Positions 1-8,578 of a DNA stretch of 20,039 nucleotides are shown piece after piece. Position 1 is the stretch's first letter, and every line of letters begins with the position of its first letter. A model generated the notes under the pieces. It was not told the DNA's origin. It did not search any database and saw nothing but the letters and a program-made list of their open reading frames with translations. Made by a program: the position numbers and the translations under genes. Origin of the DNA: an uncultured Victivallales bacterium (lineage in GTDB: Bacteria > Verrucomicrobiota > Lentisphaeria > Oligosphaerales > CAZSBQ01); NCBI GenBank assembly GCA_964604795.1, contig CAZSBQ010000048.1, positions 1 to 20,039 of the forward strand, in the 5' to 3' direction.

Positions 1-55
1 GAAAACCACTGAGCACGCAAGTGCTCCCAGGGTTCGAATCCCTGCCTCTCCGCCA
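1..55 (+). tRNA. partial tRNA (3' half), class II, most consistent with tRNA-Ser (NGA anticodon); the window opens inside the anticodon loop
   Basis: Variable-arm helix GAGCAC-GCAA-GTGCTC (11-26); T-arm CAGGG-TTCGAAT-CCCTG (28-44); acceptor 3' strand CCTCTCC (45-51), discriminator G52, encoded CCA 53-55. Bases 1-7 (GAAAACC) resemble the 3' side of a Ser anticodon loop. A tyrosine integrase follows immediately, the classic tRNA-island arrangement. Confidence 0.75.
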
Positions 56-203
56 GTCTTTATTTGTTCCCGTTGAACGACTTGCGACTTCGCTAGGATG
101 GCTCTTTCTTTTCGCATTTTTTGCCTATAGTTGATGGTTGTGGTTTTGTTGTGTCTTTGTTGTGTTATATTTGCAGCAGTTCGAGACAACAAGGAGGCCA
201 GTA

Positions 204-1436
204 ATGAAGCCCGAAGCAAAAATCACGCAAACCACATCTTCGACGCGGGGGAAGAGATATACGGTCTTTGTTGTCACTTACTATGACGACAACGACAAGC
301 GCAGACGCAAGGTCTTCACAGACGAGGCCAAAGCGGCGCGATTCAAGAAGGATTGCGACCACGACCGGGCAATTCAAAATGAACGGCGGGCGACACTGCG
401 CAACCGCATCGGGGAAGATGCGATGAAACTGCCCACTTTGCAATTGCGGCAGGCAGCGGATGCCGTCACCATTCTGGAGGGGAAAATCTCCCTGTCGGAT
501 GCAGCTCGTTTTGCCCGGCAGGTAGTGGACCTGCAGGAACAGTACGACAGCGGCGACGACCACGCCAGCACTTTGGATGGGGTCGTTTCGTGGTACGAAA
601 ACGCTCTCAAACACGCACAGAAAGAAATGCAGACGGTCTCGCAGTACGTCCAGGTTTATCTGGCGGCAAGTGAGGGCGCACTCCGAGTGGCGTCCATATA
701 TGAACTGAACGTCAGGCTTAAGCGTTTCTGCGATGCATTCGGGGAGCGGCGCTTGGACGAGGTCGAGCGTACCGAAATCAGCGAGTGGCTTGATGCAATG
801 CGCACGAAGCAGGGTGAACCACTTTCTGTAAACAGCAAAAAACATTATCGATATGCTGTTGCCGGATTATTCGCACACGCGATTGAACATACCAATCTGG
901 TCTCAGAAAATCCCGCTGTGCGGCAGACGAAATCACGGCGTACACAGCACCTTGAAAAAGTGCGGTATAAAGTGGAAATTTTCACCCCGGATCAGGCGCG
1001 TGCGCTGATTACAGCGGCGCGCAAACATTTTCCTTCGATGGTGGCGCCCGTTGCCCTTGGTTTGTTTGCTGGACTTCGCACAAACGAGATTATGAGGTTG
1101 ACTTGGGAGGAGCATATCTCCCTTAACAAGGGCATTGTAATGATCACAGACAAGGTGGCAAAAACCGGTCAAATTCGTAATGTGGAGATAACGTCGACCC
1201 TGCATGAGTGGTTGGCTGCATGTCCGTCCCAGGCCGGCAAAGTGGCACCCGAAGGCGCAAAATGGACATATCGGCGGCGGAAGCTACTTGAGAAGGCCGG
1301 ACTTGAAGAATGGCCGCGGAATGGAATGCGGCACAGCTATGGGTCCTACCACCTTGCGCAGTTTGGGGACGCGAAGAACACGATATCCAACCTTGGACAT
1401 GGTTCGGACGTATTTTTAAACATTATCGTCAATTGA
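204..1436 (+). CDS. tyrosine recombinase / phage-type integrase, C-terminus frameshifted (continues in the -1 frame 1403..1531)
   Basis: ATG at 204 preceded by AAGGAGG (191-197); the 138 TTG start in the ORF track is less likely. Catalytic-domain motifs are present: GLRTNEI (Arg), MRHSYGSYHL (HxxR), NLGHGSDV. The frame ends GSDVFLNIIVN* at 1436, but the expected catalytic-Tyr segment FKHYRQLMDKEQAAAYW is encoded in the other frame (ORF 1310..1531). Restoring one T in the T5 run at 1413-1417 gives ...LGHGSDVFFKHYRQLMD..., a canonical integrase C-terminus. Confidence 0.85.
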   Translation: MKPEAKITQTTSSTRGKRYTVFVVTYYDDNDKRRRKVFTDEAKAARFKKDCDHDRAIQNERRATLRNRIGEDAMKLPTLQLRQAADAVTILEGKISLSDAARFARQVVDLQEQYDSGDDHASTLDGVVSWYENALKHAQKEMQTVSQYVQVYLAASEGALRVASIYELNVRLKRFCDAFGERRLDEVERTEISEWLDAMRTKQGEPLSVNSKKHYRYAVAGLFAHAIEHTNLVSENPAVRQTKSRRTQHLEKVRYKVEIFTPDQARALITAARKHFPSMVAPVALGLFAGLRTNEIMRLTWEEHISLNKGIVMITDKVAKTGQIRNVEITSTLHEWLAACPSQAGKVAPEGAKWTYRRRKLLEKAGLEEWPRNGMRHSYGSYHLAQFGDAKNTISNLGHGSDVFLNIIVN

Positions 1437-1664
1437 TGGACAAGGAGCAAGCAGCCGCGTACTGGGCGATCCTGCCATCCGATAGTGATGAAGCAGCAAG
1501 CCCAGAACCACAGAGTGTGAAGACCACGTAGTCGGCTGCTGATTTTTGCCTCCCCATGAATGCCCGATCGACGCCGGCGCTGGCAGTGGACCCCCCGAAC
1601 CGGTGATTGGATTTTCCCTGTTTCTCGCTATAGTCTTGCCGAAAAGGGACTCTTTTTGCATCCC

Positions 1665-1693
1665 TTGACAGCACGCTGGTCGGTCTGTATTCT
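1665..1693 (+). promoter_or_regulatory. candidate sigma70-type promoter (TTGACA-N17-TATTCT) upstream of the cargo ORF
   Basis: TTGACA at 1665-1670, 17-nt spacer, TATTCT at 1688-1693. It faces the 1855 ORF, ~160 nt upstream of the GGAG(1843-1846)-ATG(1855). Confidence 0.4.
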
Positions 1694-1854
1694 TGCAACA
1701 GGAAACGGTCTGCTGTAAGGGTATTCCGCTCCAAGTCTGAAAAACAGTCTCAGGAACCCCTCCGCATATTAGTGGTCGCGCACAATTTTAAGGACAGTCA
1801 GTCCAAAGACAGAACGCGGGCGGTCGTGAGCTGGTTGCCGGCGGAGCATAGGCA

Positions 1855-3618
1855 ATGAAAATCTGCATCCTGGGTCAATCGAGCGAAATAGCATTCAAGA
1901 AGAATGAAGCCAGCAAGAAAGACAACTCCCTGAAGCGGATCAACGGCTGCGAGCTGCTTCTTCCGCCTGTCATCGGCGTTCATTGCATTGAAGAGCTGTA
2001 CGCAGATACCGAGGTGCCCCTCGACCCTCTACCTGCTTCTCCCCCTCCACGGCAGTTCCCTCCCACCGGGATTATGACACCCGGAGACCCCCTATACTCC
2101 GCGAACGATGTCGCCGAATGGTGCGAGCGCGAGTTCGGTGATCCGGCTCCCTCACAGGACTCGCCCGAAGCAGCAACCGCATTCTGGAGGCGGTTCACGG
2201 AGGCGAGGTTGAGTGGCCATCACGCCGAGCGCGCCCGGATTCTGCAGGCATACCTGGAAAGCACCTCTTGGCATGGTTTCATCGGCGACTGGGACTGGCT
2301 CATAGTAGACTGTGCGGCCATCGTGCGGGACATCGACCTCTTTCTGCATGGTGCCGACCGTGACGAACTCGATGCCGACAGCATTGTGAATGTCATCGAA
2401 GGTGATGGACCGTTCGTCCTTCGAACACTGTACCAGTGGGCGGAAAAGATCGAGGACCGGATGCGCCGCGGGCAGTGTATTCTGCTCCTGAACGACCGGG
2501 AAACGGCCCGCCTGTCCGAGATTCTGGTTTCGCATCTCTACAGCTGCAAGGATTCTGCCTACGAACGCTCGTCCAACCTCCAAGACTACCTTGACCCGAA
2601 ACGGTATGTTCCAAGCGCAGATTCCAAGTCGTGTGCGGTTGAGACGGAACAAGCTGAGGAATATCCCGACCCGCCTCCGTCTCTCACGGATGAGAAGTCC
2701 TGGGGTTGCCGCATCCGCTGCATCAGGGAAGTTCCGGATGCATCACCTGCCAGCCACAAATCGCCGAAAACCGTTCCCTCGTTTCATAAGCCCGCGTTTG
2801 CCCTGGACGGGTTCGATCCGGATGCCGGCTGGTCCGACGACCCGGAAGTGGACCGGACGCTGGAAAGACGAACCCCGGTTGACCGCTTCTGCTCCAATTC
2901 AAACGGGTTGTCGGTCCTGGCTACGGATGCCCACGGGTATCCCGTCAGCTTCATGCTCGCCCGTGGCCAGGGCGCCCTGGTCGTCCTGCCGCGTCCACTG
3001 CTCGGGGACACTTTCATGAAGAAGCTGGACGCCGAAAGAAGAGTCTTTGGATTGCGGGAGCTGAACAGTATCCTGGCCAAGACAGGAGAGAAGGATAAGG
3101 AATCTCAGGGGACCACGGACAGAGGAATATCCAATAAGGAACAGGAGAAGGAGAGCCTTGAGCACTGGCGGTGGCTGGAGTTCGTTCTTTACGAAAGGGA
3201 TGGTGACGGGAGCCCGATACCGAGCAAAGTCATTGTCCGATACACAGGGGAGAAGGGCGGATGCCAGTATTTTAGTTTTCGCCGTACAAAGCTTGAAAAA
3301 GGCTTTATCAAGGACAACTCCGGAAAGGCGAACGACAACTGGGGTATGCTTCGTCAAGTTGCGCGGCAGAAGGATCATCGTTCGTTGTCCCCTCTACCCC
3401 GTGAAGGGGAGAGTGAGAGCGCTCGCCGAACGCGAGTAGGCTCTCTGAGGAAGGACCTTGCCGAGCTTCTCGCCCAAGGACCGGACGATTGCAAAGACTG
3501 GCCGAGGGTTGACTGGTCGGCAGGCAAGGCGAAAGCCATCAGCAAGGAGAGGGGGGCGGGCGTGTGGAAGTGCGCCTTCAAGGTCCGCATGGCGGAGGAC
3601 TCCAAACATGACGCATAG
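1855..3618 (+). CDS. hypothetical protein (587 aa), orphan cargo gene of the integrative element; no family recognised
   Basis: Long uninterrupted ORF. ATG at 1855 with GGAG 9 nt upstream. The first ~60 codons are AT-richer than the rest, so the true start could be internal (e.g. the Met in ...GIMTPGD). No Walker, HTH, nuclease or other motif that I can recognise by eye. Confidence 0.55.
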   Translation: MKICILGQSSEIAFKKNEASKKDNSLKRINGCELLLPPVIGVHCIEELYADTEVPLDPLPASPPPRQFPPTGIMTPGDPLYSANDVAEWCEREFGDPAPSQDSPEAATAFWRRFTEARLSGHHAERARILQAYLESTSWHGFIGDWDWLIVDCAAIVRDIDLFLHGADRDELDADSIVNVIEGDGPFVLRTLYQWAEKIEDRMRRGQCILLLNDRETARLSEILVSHLYSCKDSAYERSSNLQDYLDPKRYVPSADSKSCAVETEQAEEYPDPPPSLTDEKSWGCRIRCIREVPDASPASHKSPKTVPSFHKPAFALDGFDPDAGWSDDPEVDRTLERRTPVDRFCSNSNGLSVLATDAHGYPVSFMLARGQGALVVLPRPLLGDTFMKKLDAERRVFGLRELNSILAKTGEKDKESQGTTDRGISNKEQEKESLEHWRWLEFVLYERDGDGSPIPSKVIVRYTGEKGGCQYFSFRRTKLEKGFIKDNSGKANDNWGMLRQVARQKDHRSLSPLPREGESESARRTRVGSLRKDLAELLAQGPDDCKDWPRVDWSAGKAKAISKERGAGVWKCAFKVRMAEDSKHDA

Positions 3619-3685
3619 GCCTTGCTGAGGCCCGTTCAGCAGGCAGTCGGCGGCCGCGCGCAGTGCAGCAGAATCCGGTTCCGGT

Positions 3686-3970
3686 CACAGTGTCACTGTC
3701 ATAGGGGTCTGTGTATGCTCAAACCCCTGATTTTTTGATAAAATCCCTGCTTTTTAGAGGTGAGAGGGGGTGGGTGTGACACTGTGACAGTATGGGTATA
3801 TATATATGTATATTCTATATATTTGAGGCTATATAGTCGTAAAAACAGTGTCACAGAAACCTCGTGACAGTGAGTGACACTGCACCTCTTTTTCAACAAT
3901 AGTGTCACGCAGTGTCACGGCGGACTCAAACAGCGAATCAGCCTCAAAACAAGAACAGTGTCATAGGGGC
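3686..3970. repeat. iteron-like array of CAGTGTCAC / GTGACAG motifs (about 9 copies, both orientations) flanking an AT-rich core at 3796-3835
   Basis: Copies include CACAGTGTCACTGTCATAGGGG (3686-3707), GTGACACTGTGACAG (3777-3791), AACAGTGTCACAG (3844-3856), GTGACAGTGAGTGACACTG (3865-3883), AGTGTCACGCAGTGTCACGG (3901-3920) and CAGTGTCATAGGGGC (3956-3970). The AT-rich tract is TATATATATGTATATTCTATATATTTGAGGCTATATAG. Confidence 0.6.
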
Positions 3971-4735
3971 GAATCCTGACTGCGCGACGGCATTTTGCCC
4001 TCCTGCTGGCGGAGCACAAGCAAAATCTCATGGCTGATCCCGAAGACCTGCCTTAGCTCGTTTCGGCCCTGATGCCGAATTCGGCATCAACTGCATAGCA
4101 CGGATTGGAAACCCTACCTCAAAAAAAATCGCGGAAAAATGATCCCCGACCACAGATCGCGAGCGAAGCGAGTGAGCTGTGGGACCGATAGGTCAAGGGG
4201 ATTCATTTTTTCGAATCCGGCCTAAACTCAAGCCGAATTTTGGATGCATTAGGGCGTATGGGCTGATCTTCAGGTATTTCGATCTTGTGTCAAATCATAT
4301 ATAGCCCTCTCCACTGCAGGGCCTGCAGTTGCTATGCTGCTCTTTGGCGAAGTGTGATGAGCAGCGCCTGGAGATGCCAGAAATAGGCTTTTTCAAACTG
4401 TGTGTAGTAGCGCAGCAATGAAGCACAGCGGGCCTTCTTATGCCTTCGCTCTCCCGTTTTCAGAGGTCAGAAAGGGTCTCGTCTGTACTGGTCTGCACAA
4501 GGGAACTGAAACCCAACCTCAGATCGATCCCCAGCACCGCAATCTCATCGACCCCGGAGTCTGTCCTGCAAATGCTCTCCGCCGCCTTTGTCAGGAGTCC
4601 ACAGAGCTTATCAAAGGGCAGGTGGGTGTTGCTCTCTGGATGTCGCCAGTAGTTCTTACTTCTCCCCTGATACACCAGAAGAAAAACGCCGCATCGGGAG
4701 CGGTTATCGCGCATGTATTGGCCGCGCAGCTGATT

Positions 4736-5595
4736 TTAAGCCGTTCGATGAGTTGACATGTTGACAATTTGTGAGCTATTTTTAATTCGATGAGCACAGG
4801 TGCGTCCACGCGCGCGGAATGGAGACGAATGTCGGGACGCTTTCCGTCGGCATAACTCTTCCTCCTGGGCCACGCTGTAGATGCTGCAACTGCGCTGCCT
4901 CAGCCAGTAGGCGAAATCATTGCGCAGTTGGACTTCTCGTTTGATGGCCTGCAATATGGATGCCCGGCTGTCCTCTGCTTCCTCGAGTTCGTGCTTCAAG
5001 TCGAGGAGTCGGCCGACGGTCAGATCGTAGAGTTCGGCGTGATTTCCGGGCTGCTTCACCCCCTTGTCGGCGAACTCGCGAACGGCGGCGAAAATGCCGC
5101 ATCGGTCAAGCGCTCCGTGAAGCTCCCGTCCAAGTCTCTTTATTGTCATCTCGAAGCGTTTGGGACCGACAAGGCGAGCCTCGTCAACCGAGTCGAGGAA
5201 GAAGAATGCTCGCGCCGAACCCCATTTTCGCCATTCCTCGAACTCCTCATGCGTTCCGGCCTCCTCGAACGCACTCTCGAAGCAGTCGCCGACAAACTCC
5301 AGGCGCACAAAGAAGGCTGCCTCACCCGAGGCCTTAAGTTTACAGGCGCAGTGCTTGAGTTCAGATGTCTTCCCCGACCCCGCTTCGCCCAGAATGACGA
5401 CACGGGGCAGTACCAGAAGATCGCCCCATCCCCTGGAGTCCAGTACGCCATGATGCCGAGAGTGTCGTAGTCATCGGATTGGTGCGGGTCTGGCGACAGC
5501 GGGATGAACTGCCGGTTCAAATGCAGGAAGTCAGTAGACATGGGGTAGCGATACGCTCTCGGTTTTTCCGGGCAGAAAGAGCCTTGCCAGTTCAA
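4736..5595 (-). pseudogene. P-loop NTPase (STAND/AAA-like), disrupted: N-terminal piece in one frame (5437..5541/5595), Walker A/B piece in another (4736..5470), followed by an in-frame TAA
   Basis: The minus frame that is open from 5470 encodes VVILGEAGSGKTSEL (Walker A) and FFFLDSVDEA (Walker B), but has no ATG/GTG/TTG before the GTG at 5308. The upstream ORF (ATG 5541, MSTDFLHLNRQF...AYWTPGDG) runs into it and is out of frame at the C/G-run 5425-5436. After the TAA at 4736-4738, the same frame reopens at 4714..4460. Confidence 0.55.
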
Positions 5596-5770
5596 TGCCT
5601 ACAATATCGCACCGACTGCAACACGCAATCCATTGTTCCCCTGCAGTTTCTCGTCCATTCAGAGAAACGCTTTCTGACGAAGCATTCACAAATCTGACGG
5701 TGAAGCAGGCAGGACACACGCTTTTCTGACGGTATAGCGTCAGTTTTATACGTCTGTATGTCAATGGGTT

Positions 5771-5800
5771 ATGACTTTTTAGTGGTTCATTTGGTATATA
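5771..5800 (+). promoter_or_regulatory. candidate promoter for the alpA-like gene (ATGACT-N18-TATATA)
   Basis: -35-like ATGACT at 5771-5776 and -10 TATATA at 5795-5800, in the divergent gap between the NTPase relic and the HTH gene. Weak -35. Confidence 0.25.
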
Positions 5801-5879
5801 TTACCTGCATTCGACCCGGACTGCTGGGGATGGTCCGCAGTGGCCGACGGGTCGCCAAACAGACAAGGAGAAGATGAGA

Positions 5880-6134
5880 ATGAGTGACAATTCAAGCAGG
5901 ACGCGGGAAAGAGGCGCAGGAGGCGATTTGATGACGCCCGAGCAAGCGGCGAAATTTCTAGGGGTAAAAAAAAGCTCGCTTGCTGCGGATCGATGTCGGC
6001 GAAGCTGGGACATTCCCTATTTTAAATTAGGTAGTGCCGTCAAGTACGCCCGCCGAGATTTGGAGAATTATTTGCAGAAATGTCGAGTTGACCACGGCAA
6101 GGAGGAGTGCGGAATTCCAATAAGAGCAGAGTAG
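5880..6134 (+). CDS. alpA: AlpA/Xis-family helix-turn-helix DNA-binding protein (excisionase/regulator, HTH_17-like)
   Basis: LMTPEQAAKFLGVKKSSL...IPYFKLGSAVKYARRDLENYL is the typical AlpA/Xis/MerR-like HTH followed by the wing. Alternative starts: ATG 5874 (poor spacing to AAGGAG) and ATG 5929 (GGAGG 8 nt upstream; gives 68 aa). Confidence 0.65.
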   Translation: MSDNSSRTRERGAGGDLMTPEQAAKFLGVKKSSLAADRCRRSWDIPYFKLGSAVKYARRDLENYLQKCRVDHGKEECGIPIRAE

Positions 6135-6155
6135 AAGGACCCACACAAGGGGGGG

Positions 6156-6180
6156 GGCACCGGACTTCAAGCCCGGTGCC
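6156..6180 (+). terminator. stem-loop GGCACCGG-N9-CCGGTGCC after the alpA stop, preceded by a G9 homopolymer (6149-6157); weak intrinsic terminator or RNA structure
   Basis: Perfect 8-bp inverted repeat at 6156-6163 and 6173-6180. It is followed by CCTCCACCCTTTAG, which is not a strong U-tract. Confidence 0.3.
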
Positions 6181-6206
6181 GCCTCCACCCTTTAGAACGA
6201 ACATTA

Positions 6207-7199
6207 ATGGAGAAGAATAATAACTTGAAGTCGAACACCGAAAAATTTGATCTGATGATGACGCCGATGATGCGGCTGCGGGCGAAATTGAAAGAGTTGC
6301 CCCCGCCGGGCTACGGCCAGGGATGCCATCCGGGGCTCCTGGGGTGCGCGAACCTGGCCAGACGCGCAGGACTGGACCGGACTTCCGCATTTTGCAGGCT
6401 CAAGAATGCGATCAAGCCCGGCCCACGCGAGGTTCCGGATACGGAGATAAAAGATGCCATCAATCTCGCATACGACGGCAATCAAGAGAGTAGACCTCGC
6501 CCGGCAGCGGTCCGGAGAGCCGAAGAGTCGGGAGTTCCGAGCTTCGATAGCGATGCCGAGCGAAATCGCATAATTCAGGCAGGTGCCGGATGGGATGAAG
6601 CCACTTGGATGGCTGCCTCCCCGACACCAATTCCCGAAGCCCCCGCCGAGCAGACGCAACTGGTGCTTCGCGAGCTGTTCAGCGTCAACGAGTTCGTTTT
6701 CGTGGGCGAGCGGTGGGGGACGTCGGACAGCGTCTTGAGAGTCGAACAGTGGGCTGGCATCCTGGCTGAATTTGCAGGAACCCTGAACCCGCCACACGTG
6801 ATCCCGAATCCGCTGACGGGAGACTGGGCTGCGAAGAGCTCAGGAGGTGGCAGTAAACGCTGCGACGAAGCCGTGGCCAAGTATCGAATTGCGGTCGCCG
6901 AATTCGACGGTCTCTCCCGAGAGGAGCAGTTGGCTTTTTGGGCGGGATTTGGTCGCCCGCTTGTGGCGCTGGTTGACTCCGGCGGAAAATCCGTTCACGC
7001 CTGGCTAAAAGTAGACTGCGCCGATGCCCAAGATTGGGGCGAGCAGGTGGGCAAAAAGCTTTACGGGGACCGATTAATCCCCCTTGGCGTCGATCCCGCA
7101 TGCCGGAATCCAAGCAGACTCTCCCGCCTACCGGGCATCACGCGAGACAATGGAAATATTCAGAACTTACTTTATCTGAAGAGTATGGAGAATCGATAA
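6207..7199 (+). CDS. primase-polymerase (archaeo-eukaryotic primase, PrimPol-like) replication protein
   Basis: AEP-like motifs: IAVAEFDG (acidic motif I), VDSGGKSVHAWLKV (motif II, sGxGxH), RLPGITRDNGN (motif III). Immediately followed by the DUF3987-like gene with overlapping TAAATG. Confidence 0.5.
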   Translation: MEKNNNLKSNTEKFDLMMTPMMRLRAKLKELPPPGYGQGCHPGLLGCANLARRAGLDRTSAFCRLKNAIKPGPREVPDTEIKDAINLAYDGNQESRPRPAAVRRAEESGVPSFDSDAERNRIIQAGAGWDEATWMAASPTPIPEAPAEQTQLVLRELFSVNEFVFVGERWGTSDSVLRVEQWAGILAEFAGTLNPPHVIPNPLTGDWAAKSSGGGSKRCDEAVAKYRIAVAEFDGLSREEQLAFWAGFGRPLVALVDSGGKSVHAWLKVDCADAQDWGEQVGKKLYGDRLIPLGVDPACRNPSRLSRLPGITRDNGNIQNLLYLKSMENR

Positions 7200-8495
7200 A
7201 TGCATAACCGAACATCTAGCCCAGATCCCGAGCGCGAATTGGAGCATATCATCGCAAATATGCCAGAGCGCAATCAGCCTATCCCAGATAGAATCCAAAG
7301 AATCATAGGCGACAGAGGGTTCTTACGGTCCTATCTTGACTTGCTCGGAGGAAGAAACGAAACTTCCTCGCTTTTTCACCTGGCCACCGCTCTAACCGTC
7401 CTCGGCGGCGGCCTGGCACGCAAAGTCTACGTCCGGCACGGCGAGCGTCGGGTTTACCCCAATTGTTTCACTTTAGTCGTAGGCAACAGCGGGATCTCGC
7501 GCAAATCCTCAGCGTTATCACCGGGGAAGCGGGTTTTTAGCAACTCCGGAACAGGTGATACAATGCCGGATAATTTCAGCGAAGAGGCGCTCGCTGAAAT
7601 TTTGAAGGAAGCTCCAGTCCTGGGAATCATCAGCGAGTTCAAAACCCTTGTAATGAATGCCGGAAAAAACTATGCGGGCGGCCTAATCTCGAGGCTCACC
7701 GACCTGTTCGACATGCCCGCGGAACTTTCTTTCGCCTTCAAAAAAAATGCGAAAAGGAAAGGAGAGGGCTGCAAAGTCGTCGTCCCGGATCCCACTCTGA
7801 GCCTAATCGCGGCGACCACTGAAGATTATTTCGCAGTCGACGACGCGGACGTTGCCGGTGGATTCGTGGGACGTTTTCTCGTGTTCGCGCACCAAGAGGA
7901 GACGCCCGTCATCCCGTGGCCGGCACCGATTCCGAAGGAAGCGTTTGTGCACCTGGGCGCAATGCTGCGCGAGCGTGCGGAAAACGGTTGCGGCGAGCTG
8001 GAACTGACCGCCGAGGCGAAAGATGCCTTCAGTGACATCTACCGGCGCTTCCGCAAAGAGGCCAGCGAGGCTCCCGATCGAAGTGCCGCGATGGACAGCT
8101 TCAGGTCCCGGGCTGGACTTTTCGTACTGAAGCTATCCCTAATTTTTGCAGTGAGCGAAAACCCGCACGCCAAGGTTATTGAAAAAACACACATTACGCG
8201 AGCAGAGCTGCTAGTCAAACAGTGCACTGAGGGACATGCCCGGTTGATCAGCCGCATATGCACCTCGAAATGGGAAAAAGACCGAAAAAAGGCTCAGGAT
8301 TTCATCGCCGCCCGCAGCGAAACCAGCATGCGAGACATTTATCGCCATCTCGGGGTTGATGTCCAAACCGCGGGTCGCATCGTCGACACGCTGGAGGCCA
8401 GCGGTTTGGTGCATTCTCGAATGGAGAAGGCCGCGAACGGCAAAGAAGTCGTTCGCATTGTTAATGGCCCCGATCCAGAAGAATCGGCAGCCTAA
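7200..8495 (+). CDS. DUF3987-like protein with degenerate P-loop (helicase-like partner of PrimPol in integrative-element replication modules)
   Basis: YPNCFTLVVGNSGISRKSSAL resembles the degenerate Walker-A region of DUF3987/primase-C-terminal proteins. The ATG at 7200 overlaps the PrimPol stop (TAA 7197-7199), indicating coupling, with GGAG 9 nt upstream. Confidence 0.4.
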   Translation: MHNRTSSPDPERELEHIIANMPERNQPIPDRIQRIIGDRGFLRSYLDLLGGRNETSSLFHLATALTVLGGGLARKVYVRHGERRVYPNCFTLVVGNSGISRKSSALSPGKRVFSNSGTGDTMPDNFSEEALAEILKEAPVLGIISEFKTLVMNAGKNYAGGLISRLTDLFDMPAELSFAFKKNAKRKGEGCKVVVPDPTLSLIAATTEDYFAVDDADVAGGFVGRFLVFAHQEETPVIPWPAPIPKEAFVHLGAMLRERAENGCGELELTAEAKDAFSDIYRRFRKEASEAPDRSAAMDSFRSRAGLFVLKLSLIFAVSENPHAKVIEKTHITRAELLVKQCTEGHARLISRICTSKWEKDRKKAQDFIAARSETSMRDIYRHLGVDVQTAGRIVDTLEASGLVHSRMEKAANGKEVVRIVNGPDPEESAA

Positions 8496-8505
8496 AATCA
8501 CACCC

Positions 8506-8533
8506 GGCGGGGAGGCCATCGTGCCTCTCCGCC
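8506..8533 (+). terminator. 11-bp stem hairpin GGCGGGGAGGC-CATCGT-GCCTCTCCGCC just after the 7200-8495 gene; possible terminator/RNA structure
   Basis: The inverted repeat has one G-U wobble. It is followed by TAAACGCGGAATTTCTATAAATTT, which is AT-rich but not a clean U-run. Confidence 0.3.
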
Positions 8534-8578
8534 TAAACGCGGAATTTCTATAAATTTATGAAAATACGAGGTTTACCT

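Noticed and set aside
148-175. Promoter for the integrase (TTTTGT...TATATT)
   Set aside because: The -10-like TATATT is present, but no acceptable -35 at 16-18 bp spacing. Not supported well enough to list.
3686-3970. CRISPR array
   Set aside because: The GTGTCAC repeats are 9-mers in both orientations with irregular spacing, not 25-40-bp direct repeats with unique spacers. No cas genes are present. Elsewhere the repeats are heterogeneous composite elements.
4400-4809. Overlapping small ORFs 4400..4756 (+), 4460..4714 (-), 4591..4809 (-)
   Set aside because: The 4460..4714 minus ORF is simply the in-frame continuation of the decayed NTPase after its TAA. The others overlap it with no motifs. 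They are treated as part of the pseudogene remnant.
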